Below are positions 26,819-35,563 of a stretch of 64,000 nucleotides of DNA, piece by piece. A program made the translations under genes and the position numbers. The stretch comes from Patescibacteria group bacterium (GTDB taxonomy: Bacteria; Patescibacteriota; WWE3; 0-14-0-20-40-13). The notes under the pieces were generated by a model, which was given only the letters and a program-made list of their open reading frames with translations, searched no databases and was not told the origin of the DNA. Numbering within the stretch: the stretch's first letter is position 1; each line of letters opens with the position of its first letter. The DNA lies in assembly GCA_018896215.1 (NCBI GenBank), contig JAHINB010000006.1, positions 2,941-66,940 of the forward strand, given 5' to 3'.

Positions 26819-27954
26819 GTTCTAAAAAAACCTTTGATGGTTTTTACCACCTCACTAGCCTCCTCATCAGTTAAATATGGATGTAGTGGGATTGTTAAAA
26901 CCTCGCGACAGGCTTTCTCGGCGTTAGGAAAATCCCCTTCTTTGTAGCCTAAATACGAGTAACATTTTTGCAGGTGAAGCGGGATTGGGTAGTGAATAGC
27001 TGTTTTAATTTCTTTTTCCGCTAAAAACTTTGCGAGCTCGTCTCGTTTTGATGTTGCTAGAACAAAAAGATGGTATACCGGTTCAGAACCTTCTAATACT
27101 TTAGGAAATTTAAGATCGCCGACTCCTGTTAGATTTTCTAAATAATATTTGGCTATTTGTTGTCTTCGCTCTGTCCATTTTTTTAGGAACTTGAGTTTAA
27201 CTTGTAATATTGCTGCCTGCATTTCATCAAGCCGCGAGTTGACGCCTAAAATATCGTGTTGATATTTGGCTGATTGACCACCCTCGCGAAGCATGCGAAG
27301 CTTTTTATCAAGATTGGCATCGTTTGTAACTACAGCCCCACCATCACCATAGGCTCCAAGATTTTTTGTGGGATAAAAACTGTAGCAACCCAATTCTCCA
27401 AATGTTCCTACAGTTTTGCCCCGATATTTTGCCCCATGAGCTTGAGCACAGTCTTCCACTAGAACCGCCCCTGTTTCCTTACAGTAGTTGACGATGGGGT
27501 CCATATCGCAGGGATTTCCGTATAAATGTACTGGTACAACTGCTTTTATTTCGTGAGAAACAAACCTGTTTATTTTTGAACTTTGTCCGCCGATTGGCGG
27601 ATTGAACTTTAAATTTACATCTATATTGTAAGTCTCATCAATATCACTAAAAACTGGAACCAATCCCGCCATATTAATCGCCAATGAAGTGTAAGTTGCC
27701 GTAAACGGGGTGGTTAAAACTTGCGAGCCTGCAGGTAAATCCAATGATTTAAGGGCGAGCGCAATCGCGTCGGTTCCGTTGCCACAAGAAACAGCAAATT
27801 GTGACGAGGAGTATTTGGCAAACTCTTTTTCAAAAGATGTAACTTCTGATCCTAGCACAAACCAACCTCTGTCTAAAACCCTCTTTATCGAGGCGTTGAC
27901 TTCTGAACCAATCTCTAGCAATTCTTTTTTAAAATCAACAAACCAATTGATCAT
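26815..27954 (-). CDS. DegT/DnrJ/EryC1/StrS PLP-dependent sugar aminotransferase (FdtB/QdtB-like)
   Basis: GNGTDAI, PVHLYG, EDCAQAHG, SFYPTKNLGAYGDGG, NSRLDEMQAA, HYPIPLH. Confidence 0.93.
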   Translation of the reverse strand: MINWFVDFKKELLEIGSEVNASIKRVLDRGWFVLGSEVTSFEKEFAKYSSSQFAVSCGNGTDAIALALKSLDLPAGSQVLTTPFTATYTSLAINMAGLVPVFSDIDETYNIDVNLKFNPPIGGQSSKINRFVSHEIKAVVPVHLYGNPCDMDPIVNYCKETGAVLVEDCAQAHGAKYRGKTVGTFGELGCYSFYPTKNLGAYGDGGAVVTNDANLDKKLRMLREGGQSAKYQHDILGVNSRLDEMQAAILQVKLKFLKKWTERRQQIAKYYLENLTGVGDLKFPKVLEGSEPVYHLFVLATSKRDELAKFLAEKEIKTAIHYPIPLHLQKCYSYLGYKEGDFPNAEKACREVLTIPLHPYLTDEEASEVVKTIKGFFRT

Positions 27955-29450
27955 ATCCTCTCATACAAGAAATAATAATCGTAACCTGACACTTTGAAAG
28001 TCTTTGATAAGTGATACTTACTGCTAGGCAAAAACTCATTTCCCAAATTTATTGGCAGCAAAACATAGTCTGTATCCACATCTTTTCCGTATATCGTCTG
28101 ATAAGATTTTAGCATAATGGCATTACCTTTAAAAATCGGAGTGAATGCGTTGCTGTCGTACATGGCAACTGTTGTTGCTGGAGTCGAAATCTTATTGAGA
28201 TAATTCGCGACTTCTTTGTACCCCGTAGCATCTTGGTTTAAATTAATCACATCTTGGGCTCGCGATATACCCCCAATAAGCGGGTTAAAATAAACAAAAA
28301 AGTTAGGGTAGATTTTAACAATTGTAAATAGCTGAAAAGCAAATATTACAACTATCAAACCAACTCTCTTTATCCTAGAAAGAACAAGTCCTGCTATAAC
28401 TGCAAAGACTGGAACAATCGGCAAAACATATCTAAATATTTGCTTATCAGGAATGGTAATAATTAGATAGTAAAAACAAGCAAAAAGCCCTACAAATCTC
28501 ACAAACTTTCTCGATTCCAGCTCCAGCTTCTTTCTTTCTACAACAACAAAATATAAAGATAACAGTAGTATTACGGGGGTTAATCTAAAGAGTAAATATA
28601 TAGGATAAGTAAATACTTTTTGGATAAACGGAAAACTAGACAGTGCCAAAAACACATTTCGCCTAGAATCTTCCAATAAAGCCGTATCAAGTACCCCCTC
28701 TTTTAATACCTTAAACAAAGTATCTAGAGGATTAAACCACATGGCGGGAAATAAAAGATAAAACACTGCAAATGCCACAATTCCAACCAAAAATAAGGAC
28801 TTTACTCCTTGTACAAGTTGCATTTTCTTTCTAAATGTTCTGTAGAGTATGTAAACGACAAAAAACACAAAAACCGCCCCTGTGTTGATGCGAGTGAGTA
28901 ACCCAAGTCCTAAAAACACCCCACTTGCCACAAAATCTAGTTTGACAAAATCTTTGAGCCCTAGATAAAAATAGCTTAAAGAAATAAAACCGAAAAGTGT
29001 GACGAGAGTATCCATATGAATAGATCTGGCATTTCCCAAGAAAAACGGCTCCAAAAGCAAGACGGCAACGGATAAAAAAGCCGATCTTTCCCCAAGTATT
29101 CGGGATAAAACCTTATACAAAACAATTAAGGCTCCTATTTCTGCCAAAACAACCGAGAGTGTCGTTAAAAAGATATATTGAGGAAAAATATCAAAAGAAA
29201 AAATATCCACCCCTCCATTAATCTTGTAAAAAATCCCCGAAGTTACCCCCACAAGCCACATAATAGTTACCCCTGGGTGGTACATGGTATAAGAACCTTC
29301 AAAATTAAAACTTTTTACAGCATAGTAAAAATGCACGGCGCGCTGTATCCAAAGATCTGTGGTGGGCTGAATATAGTAAATCCCAAGATATGGGATTAGT
29401 AGGCAGATTGAGAATAAAAGAATAAGCGGGAGGTAATATCTTGATGGCAT
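27951..29450 (-). CDS. GT-C fold glycosyltransferase (HPGVT family)
   Basis: TTDLW..RA, YHPGVTIMWL, LEPFFLGNARSIHMD, FRLTP, KQIFRY, YFNPLIGG. Confidence 0.8.
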   Translation of the reverse strand: MPSRYYLPLILLFSICLLIPYLGIYYIQPTTDLWIQRAVHFYYAVKSFNFEGSYTMYHPGVTIMWLVGVTSGIFYKINGGVDIFSFDIFPQYIFLTTLSVVLAEIGALIVLYKVLSRILGERSAFLSVAVLLLEPFFLGNARSIHMDTLVTLFGFISLSYFYLGLKDFVKLDFVASGVFLGLGLLTRINTGAVFVFFVVYILYRTFRKKMQLVQGVKSLFLVGIVAFAVFYLLFPAMWFNPLDTLFKVLKEGVLDTALLEDSRRNVFLALSSFPFIQKVFTYPIYLLFRLTPVILLLSLYFVVVERKKLELESRKFVRFVGLFACFYYLIITIPDKQIFRYVLPIVPVFAVIAGLVLSRIKRVGLIVVIFAFQLFTIVKIYPNFFVYFNPLIGGISRAQDVINLNQDATGYKEVANYLNKISTPATTVAMYDSNAFTPIFKGNAIMLKSYQTIYGKDVDTDYVLLPINLGNEFLPSSKYHLSKTFKVSGYDYYFLYERI

Positions 29451-29451
29451 T

Positions 29452-30444
29452 TTACCAATAATGCTTTTTATGCTTCTTGTAATAGGAAATTGTTCTTCTT
29501 AGACCCTCTTCTATGGATACTTTAGGACGCCAGCCTAGATCTTCTTTTATTTTAGTGTAATCTCCAACATAATCTCCAATATCTATTTTTTTACGACCTT
29601 CGGGAAATGGTATTAAATGATAACTACTGCCTTTAACCATTTTTACAATGTTTTTAGTAAAATCTAACAGAGTAATAGGTTTTATGCCCCCTATATTGTA
29701 GTATTTGCCATTAGAAGTGTCACTTTGCCCGGCCAACAACATAGCATCGTTGGCATCGGTCACATAAGTCATATCTCTAACCTGCAACCCATCGCCATAA
29801 ACGCTAATTTCTTTGCCATCTAGCGCCAATCGGATAAAAAACGGAATAAAACCTTGCCGTCCATGCCTCATGAGTTGTCTGGGTCCAAAAGTGTTGGTTA
29901 ATCTAATGGAAGTGGTTTTTAAACCATACACCGAAGCGTAGACCATGTGGTACCATTCGCCGGCAAATTTGCTAATGCCGTTGGTATCGGAGGGCCTGAC
30001 CAAATGCCTTTCGTTAACTGGAATATGCTCTATTTTTCCATAAATTTGCCTAGTTCCGGAGTGGATAACTTTAGCTGTGGGATTGACTCTTCTTAAGGCT
30101 TCTAAAAAATAAATGTTAGAGGTGGCGTTAAGTTCTAAATCCCACAAGGGATCTACCATTCCATCCTCGTGACTTACCTGACCTGCAATATTAAAAACAA
30201 CCTCCTGCCCTTCCAAAACCTTCTCCATTTTGGCAGAATCTCGCATGTCAGCAATTACAACTTTGACATCTTTTTTTATGGGGTCTATATTAAACTGATT
30301 GCCCCCAAGTTCTGGGATAAGCGCATCGACAACGGTAACTTCGGAGCCGAGCTCTACCAGTTTAATGGCTAAATTGCTTCCAATAAAGCCTAGACCACCC
30401 GTAACCAAAACTTTTTTTCCCGGATAAAAGCTAAAGTCGTACAT
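29452..30444 (-). CDS. NAD-dependent epimerase/dehydratase (extended SDR)
   Basis: VTGGLGFIGS, RLTNTFGP, YGDGLQVRD; NGISK in place of YxxxK. Likely start MYDFS at 30444. Confidence 0.88.
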   Translation of the reverse strand: MYDFSFYPGKKVLVTGGLGFIGSNLAIKLVELGSEVTVVDALIPELGGNQFNIDPIKKDVKVVIADMRDSAKMEKVLEGQEVVFNIAGQVSHEDGMVDPLWDLELNATSNIYFLEALRRVNPTAKVIHSGTRQIYGKIEHIPVNERHLVRPSDTNGISKFAGEWYHMVYASVYGLKTTSIRLTNTFGPRQLMRHGRQGFIPFFIRLALDGKEISVYGDGLQVRDMTYVTDANDAMLLAGQSDTSNGKYYNIGGIKPITLLDFTKNIVKMVKGSSYHLIPFPEGRKKIDIGDYVGDYTKIKEDLGWRPKVSIEEGLRRTISYYKKHKKHYW

Positions 30445-31597
30445 GATCGTAAATTTCTTCCAACCTCTTGCCTTGCTTATGATTGTCAAACTCTTCTTCT
30501 ACATGCTTTCGAGCTGATTTGGCAAGCATTTCCCACAAATTAGGCGATTTAAGAAAAGAGACTATTTTATCGGCTAAGTCGTTAGCATCCCTTTGATTCA
30601 CCATGTGACCGGTTTTTTCGTGATAGATAAGTTCAGTTCCCGATTCTGTTGTAGCAAAAGCATGGGTGCCAACTGCCATAGCCTCTATTATTGTAGTATT
30701 GATTCCACCCTCCTCATCTCCCAAAACTTTTACGCTGGGTGACAAAAACAGATCGGCCTTTTGCATCTCTGCCATGTAGTCGTTGTAACCCAAAAGACCT
30801 AAAAATTTGACGGAGTCTGTGATTCCTAATGAGTTGACGAGGGCTGTTATTTTTTCTTTTTCGGAACCATCGCCAATTATTCTAAGTGTGGCATTTGGGT
30901 ATTGAGTCAAAACCTTGGCAAAGGCGCTAACGGCGTATTCCATGCCCTTTTTGGGAACAAATCTATTGGCAATTAGAATAACTGGAGCGGTGGTGGGCTT
31001 TTTAATAACTAGGTGATATTTGTCCAAATTCATTCCTAGATGCAGTGGGATAACTTTATCCGCAGGAGCTCCCAACTGGTTGACTAAAGTATCCTTCATC
31101 AGCTGACAAGTTACGGTAAAAGCGCTTCCCACCTCCCACAATCTTTTATAGGCAAGCTCCCAATAGAATCTATCGGTGGGGAGCTTAAATTTGCGCATTT
31201 TATCGGCTAATCCTTGGTAGCTGGTATCAAACCCATAAAAAGATGTCACCAGCGGAATACCGAATCTTGAGGATAACGGCGCCGAGTAAACGCCATTAGA
31301 GCCAAAATGAGCGTGAATTAAAGCCGGCTTGTTACGGCTGATAACCTGCGCCATGGCCTCTTCTACGGCTAAGTGACGAGGAATAAAGGCCCTCACTACC
31401 GAACCTAAAGCTTTTTTAGCGCCTTTCGCGGGGTCTATTTTGTAAATGGGTTTAAAGGGAAAAAGGTCTAAATTCTTCTCTACCTCACATATAATAAACG
31501 GGTCGTAGCGAGTCAAGTTTCTAATATACTCCCAAACCCAAATTTCAGTTTTTTCTAAATACACGGGCTTAATGTGGGCTATCTTCGGATTTTCCAT
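30431..31597 (-). CDS. Glycosyltransferase family 4 (WcaL/AmsK-like)
   Basis: IHAHFG, TSFYGFD, RFVPKKG, EEGGINTTIIEAMA. Confidence 0.88.
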   Translation of the reverse strand: MENPKIAHIKPVYLEKTEIWVWEYIRNLTRYDPFIICEVEKNLDLFPFKPIYKIDPAKGAKKALGSVVRAFIPRHLAVEEAMAQVISRNKPALIHAHFGSNGVYSAPLSSRFGIPLVTSFYGFDTSYQGLADKMRKFKLPTDRFYWELAYKRLWEVGSAFTVTCQLMKDTLVNQLGAPADKVIPLHLGMNLDKYHLVIKKPTTAPVILIANRFVPKKGMEYAVSAFAKVLTQYPNATLRIIGDGSEKEKITALVNSLGITDSVKFLGLLGYNDYMAEMQKADLFLSPSVKVLGDEEGGINTTIIEAMAVGTHAFATTESGTELIYHEKTGHMVNQRDANDLADKIVSFLKSPNLWEMLAKSARKHVEEEFDNHKQGKRLEEIYDHVRL

Positions 31598-31602
31598 ATT
31601 AG

Positions 31603-33105
31603 TTAGTATAATACCATACTGCTACGGATGTATGTAGTTATCAAGGGGAATTTATTACCTACAAGAACAGTGTTTATGAGCTTTAGATTTTCTAAATCTT
31701 CGCTTGTTACCATATTATCATACCAACGGTAATTTGTGTTTACGAGGACAAAATCCGCTTGTGAAAAATCAGCCGTGGATTTGTAGCCTTCTGGTAAATC
31801 TGGAATGATATGAACAGGACTTATGGCAAGATAAACCTTCTTGACAAGACTACTTTGAGATTTGGGTAAGCGCTTAACTGCTTCTAAAACCCCTTCTCCC
31901 CAACCGCCAATTTCAAAAAGGCGTTGGTTGTAGATTTTGTTACTTGAGACCAATCCGTTGTAGTAGTCCAAGTAGTAAGGGAAAAACCTAATTAAGGGCA
32001 AAGAGCAAAAACCAAAAATCAAAACTAAGATCGAAGACTTTAAGATTTTATTCTTTGCTAAATCAAGCAGAAAATTAACCCCCAAAGCACAAATTATAGA
32101 AAATCCTATTAAATACAAATTTACATAGCGCAAACCATCTTGCTTTAAGGGAAAAACGCTTGCTAAAAAGGGGAGTAAAAACAAGGCGATTAACATCAAT
32201 TTTTCTTTCTTTGGGCGACAAAAAACCCCTATCACAAAAGTCGCCAAGAGCAAAAGCGGGGTTCTAACACCAAAATAAACAAAATAGTAAAACCAAGGCG
32301 TATTCCCCAACTGCCCCATAAAGTATTCTCTGGTATGCACCTCTAAACCACGGTCTGCGCTGGCTAATAAATTAATAATTGTGCTATGCCAAAGGTATGG
32401 CCATATTCCAATTAATATTAAGAGAGAAAACACTGGCATTAAAACCATTTTTAGGGAGTCTCCTTTTTTGGGTTTGGGAGTCTCCCTAAAAAGGAGACTC
32501 CCTATAAAAAGTGGTAGTAACAACACCCCATTGTATCTAGTACCAATTAATAGCGTAAAACTGGCAACAACTGCTAAATAGTTTTTAAGTGATTTGGTAT
32601 TGGCATACTTTATAGAGAACAAAACAAACAGCGATCCAAAAAGCAACAACGGAACTTCCAAAGAAATTATTCGAGCGTAGGATTGAAACACTGGATTGAC
32701 AAATAAAAATGCCGATGAGAGAAGCGCAATCTGGCGCGATTTTGTTAATTCCCAAGCGATGAGAAAAATAATCGCGACAGTAATCGCAGACATCACAACA
32801 CTAAAAAATCGGGCAAAAACAAAATCGCGCCCCGCGGGATAATAACCACTCTTATCTTGCAAAAGTGAGATGTTCTTGGTTAAGAAACGAGCCACACCGT
32901 AAATATATTTAGCCACAGGCGGATGTTCGTGATTTAGTTCCCACGAACTGGGGCTAAAATCGCCATTTTTCATAAACCCTAAATATGATTCGCCAACCGA
33001 AGCAACTGTAACTTCATCCCAATGTTCCCCGACAGAATTTAGATTGACGGATAAAATTCCTAAACTAACAACAAAAACCAACACAGAAAGTATTGAGGAT
33101 TTCAC
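31603..33105 (-). CDS. GT-C fold glycosyltransferase (PMT_2-like)
   Basis: EHWDE, NHEHPPVAKY, WPYLW, PWFYY..RTP, DGLRY, YYNGL, GWGEG. Confidence 0.8.
   Translation of the reverse strand: MKSSILSVLVFVVSLGILSVNLNSVGEHWDEVTVASVGESYLGFMKNGDFSPSSWELNHEHPPVAKYIYGVARFLTKNISLLQDKSGYYPAGRDFVFARFFSVVMSAITVAIIFLIAWELTKSRQIALLSSAFLFVNPVFQSYARIISLEVPLLLFGSLFVLFSIKYANTKSLKNYLAVVASFTLLIGTRYNGVLLLPLFIGSLLFRETPKPKKGDSLKMVLMPVFSLLILIGIWPYLWHSTIINLLASADRGLEVHTREYFMGQLGNTPWFYYFVYFGVRTPLLLLATFVIGVFCRPKKEKLMLIALFLLPFLASVFPLKQDGLRYVNLYLIGFSIICALGVNFLLDLAKNKILKSSILVLIFGFCSLPLIRFFPYYLDYYNGLVSSNKIYNQRLFEIGGWGEGVLEAVKRLPKSQSSLVKKVYLAISPVHIIPDLPEGYKSTADFSQADFVLVNTNYRWYDNMVTSEDLENLKLINTVLVGNKFPLITTYIRSSMVLY
32452..32504. 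repeat. In-frame 17-bp inverted repeat with an internal third unit
   Basis: TAGGGAGTCTCCTTTTT (32452-32468) / AAAAAGGAGACTCCCTA (32488-32504); the spacer contains another GGGAGTCTCCCT. Confidence 0.85.
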
Positions 33106-33962
33106 TTCTTTGTTCTAACAATCAGATCCGCCAACATTCCAATAGCCAAAATTTGGAGTCCTGCAAGAAAGAACAGCATCGAGGAGGTGGTAATGTTTAA
33201 ATAAGGCTCGACAAATAAATCGTAAACAAATTTAACAAACCCCAGACCCATTAAACCTAAAGCTGGCCACAGAAAAAATCTTAAAGGGTTAAAATACATC
33301 ACGGTTCGCAAAATTAAAAACAAAAAATCCGCTCCGTCTTTAGCCTTAACTTTAGAGACTCCTTTTCTAAAATCATATTCAATAGGAATATATTTTACGC
33401 TAAGTCCATTGGACATATAGGACAGAGTTGAAGTAGTGGTAAATGAAAATCTATCCGAAATAAGATTAAAAAATGGCGTGATATCGGTTTTTCTAAAAGC
33501 GCGCAATCCCGAGTTGATATCCTCAATCTTTCTACCTACGACCAAATTTGCAACTTGATCTAAAATAAATTTTGGAGCCGATTTAATAAAGGGTGTTTTT
33601 TTGTATCTACCAATTCTCTTTCCTACCACCATGTCATAACTTGTAAGACCAGCCAAAAGTTCTGGGATTCTTTCTATGGGATAAGTTCCATCGGCATCAC
33701 AAATGGCAATTTGATCGTATTTTGCAAGTTTTATGCCGTCTTTTAACGATGCCCCGTAACCCTTATTAACTGTGTGATTTAAAACTCTAAATTCATCGTA
33801 GGAAATGGCTTGTAAAACACCCAGCGAGCTATCTTTTGACCCATCATTGACCGCAATTACTTCGAACTTTTCACCCATTGATTTACAAACAGCATAAACT
33901 CTGTCAATCGTGTCTTTAACCGCCTTTTCCTCATTGTAAACCGGAACCACAATAGAATACAT
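33102..33962 (-). CDS. GT2 polyprenol-phosphate glycosyltransferase (DPM1-like with C-terminal TMs)
   Basis: VVPVYNEE, NDGSKD, NKGYGASL, CDADGTY, DINSGLRAF, two C-terminal TM. Likely start MYSIV at 33962. Confidence 0.9.
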   Translation of the reverse strand: MYSIVVPVYNEEKAVKDTIDRVYAVCKSMGEKFEVIAVNDGSKDSSLGVLQAISYDEFRVLNHTVNKGYGASLKDGIKLAKYDQIAICDADGTYPIERIPELLAGLTSYDMVVGKRIGRYKKTPFIKSAPKFILDQVANLVVGRKIEDINSGLRAFRKTDITPFFNLISDRFSFTTTSTLSYMSNGLSVKYIPIEYDFRKGVSKVKAKDGADFLFLILRTVMYFNPLRFFLWPALGLMGLGFVKFVYDLFVEPYLNITTSSMLFFLAGLQILAIGMLADLIVRTKK

Positions 33963-33980
33963 ATTATTTAATACTACCAA

Positions 33981-34045
33981 ATTCTACCCCAACATGCCTG
34001 TAAGTAAAGGGTGACAAATAAGAAACCTTTTGATAGATTAAAATA
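33981..34045. promoter_or_regulatory. Divergent promoter region
   Basis: Head-to-head gap between the left 34-kb minus-strand run and the plus-strand GT-C trio. Plus strand GTGACA-17nt-TAGATT with extended TG, 6 nt before the GTG start; minus strand has TAGAAT. Confidence 0.45.
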
Positions 34046-35563
34046 GTGAAATTTCATCAAAGGCTTAGATGCTGGTTGACCTCTAATTGGATTCTTATCC
34101 TTGTTATTATTTTTACCATATTTGCCCGTTTTTATAAACTAGGCTGGGACGAGTCCAATGATGATGCCTCATTTTGGTTTGGATGGAGCAAAAAACTTAT
34201 TGATAATTGGAAAAACGGGGTTTTTTCCACAATGCCAGATTATCAATACCCCGGAGTAACTTTAATGGCAAGCACAGGATTATTTTTAAATATTGCAGGA
34301 TTTGTAGTGCAAGCGCTTAGAGGGTATAAGTTTCCCATCTATGATGCCAACTATTTTCCAATTTATAATTTCTTCGCCAAGGTTCCCATAGAAATTGCTT
34401 ATCTCGCCTTTTCTGGTTACTTTTTTATTGGGCTCAAAAAGGTATTCAACAGAAGGATTGCCTTACTTGCATTATTTCTCCTTGTTGCCGAACCTTTTAA
34501 TTTAGGGATAACTAGATTTGTTCATGCCGAAGGGTATTTAAGTGCTTTTGTTGGAACATTGTTTATTTCGTATCTGCTATTTCTTAAAACCAAAAGATGC
34601 AGGTATCTATTTTTATTTTCCTTGTTTTCTGCACTTGCTCTGGTAACAAAATACATCTCGGCATATCCATTATTTGTTATTTATATGCACCTTCTTGCTA
34701 TTTCAATTCGCAACAAAAAAATACTTCTGTTTATTTATTCTTTGGTAGGTATTGGTGCTTTTACTCTCGCTTTTTTCCCTGCTCTTGTATTAAACCCAAT
34801 AAACACATTCTTAAAAATGAAAGAAGAGGTAGTAATGACCGCACTCGTGGGAAGAAACAACTTTGCCCCTTGGTACTTTTATATTGCTTCTATGTTTTTA
34901 AGATTTAGCATAATCTTTAGCTTTTGCTATGTATGGGGAATAAGATTGGGCGTGAGAAAGATTAAGCAGGGCTCAAGTTTATTCACACTTTTGACACTAC
35001 CCACTGTAACAATTATTTCTTTTGTAATATTTCTCTCATTTTTTAATCAAAAAATCGATCGCTATTTAATTACAATTTTTCCAATTATGGCAACCCTTAT
35101 AGCTTATATCTTAAACGACTTTCTGGAGTCAATAAAAAGAACACCTATTAAAAGATCCGTAATTTTGATGGGGGGGTTTTACTATTTATTTCTATTTATT
35201 TCTATTTCTCCAACTTACTCAGCTTACTACAACAAACTATACGGTGGGTTCGTATTTGCCAGAAAATATCTAGGTGCGGAGATGGTTGGTGAGGGTTTAT
35301 ATAAAGTGGCAGAAGATTTAAATACCAAAAATAATCCCGAGGATTTATCGGTATTAGTTCGTCCAACTTTTACCAGTTTTAAACCGTTTTTTAAAGGAAA
35401 AACTTTTGGTCCAAGTGATTATATCCCGGATTCCATTTCCTTAGATTATATTGTTGTAAAGAATAGTGATAGAATCCCTGACAAGTACATAAATTTATGT
35501 AGTTTTAATAAGACCTATTACTTATATTTCTCACCAGTTTATGATCTCTACCAATGCCAGTAA
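34046..35563 (+). CDS. GT-C fold glycosyltransferase (HPGVT family, divergent member)
   Basis: SNDDASFW, YPGVTLM, AEPFNLGITRFVHAE, VTK, QKIDRYL, YYNKLYGG, FKPFFKG. Confidence 0.78.
   Translation: MKFHQRLRCWLTSNWILILVIIFTIFARFYKLGWDESNDDASFWFGWSKKLIDNWKNGVFSTMPDYQYPGVTLMASTGLFLNIAGFVVQALRGYKFPIYDANYFPIYNFFAKVPIEIAYLAFSGYFFIGLKKVFNRRIALLALFLLVAEPFNLGITRFVHAEGYLSAFVGTLFISYLLFLKTKRCRYLFLFSLFSALALVTKYISAYPLFVIYMHLLAISIRNKKILLFIYSLVGIGAFTLAFFPALVLNPINTFLKMKEEVVMTALVGRNNFAPWYFYIASMFLRFSIIFSFCYVWGIRLGVRKIKQGSSLFTLLTLPTVTIISFVIFLSFFNQKIDRYLITIFPIMATLIAYILNDFLESIKRTPIKRSVILMGGFYYLFLFISISPTYSAYYNKLYGGFVFARKYLGAEMVGEGLYKVAEDLNTKNNPEDLSVLVRPTFTSFKPFFKGKTFGPSDYIPDSISLDYIVVKNSDRIPDKYINLCSFNKTYYLYFSPVYDLYQCQ

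Noticed and set aside
16093-35176. G/C homopolymers of about 7 nt (near 16095 and 35170) as phase-variation tracts
   Set aside because: Short, in frame and explained by Gly codons.
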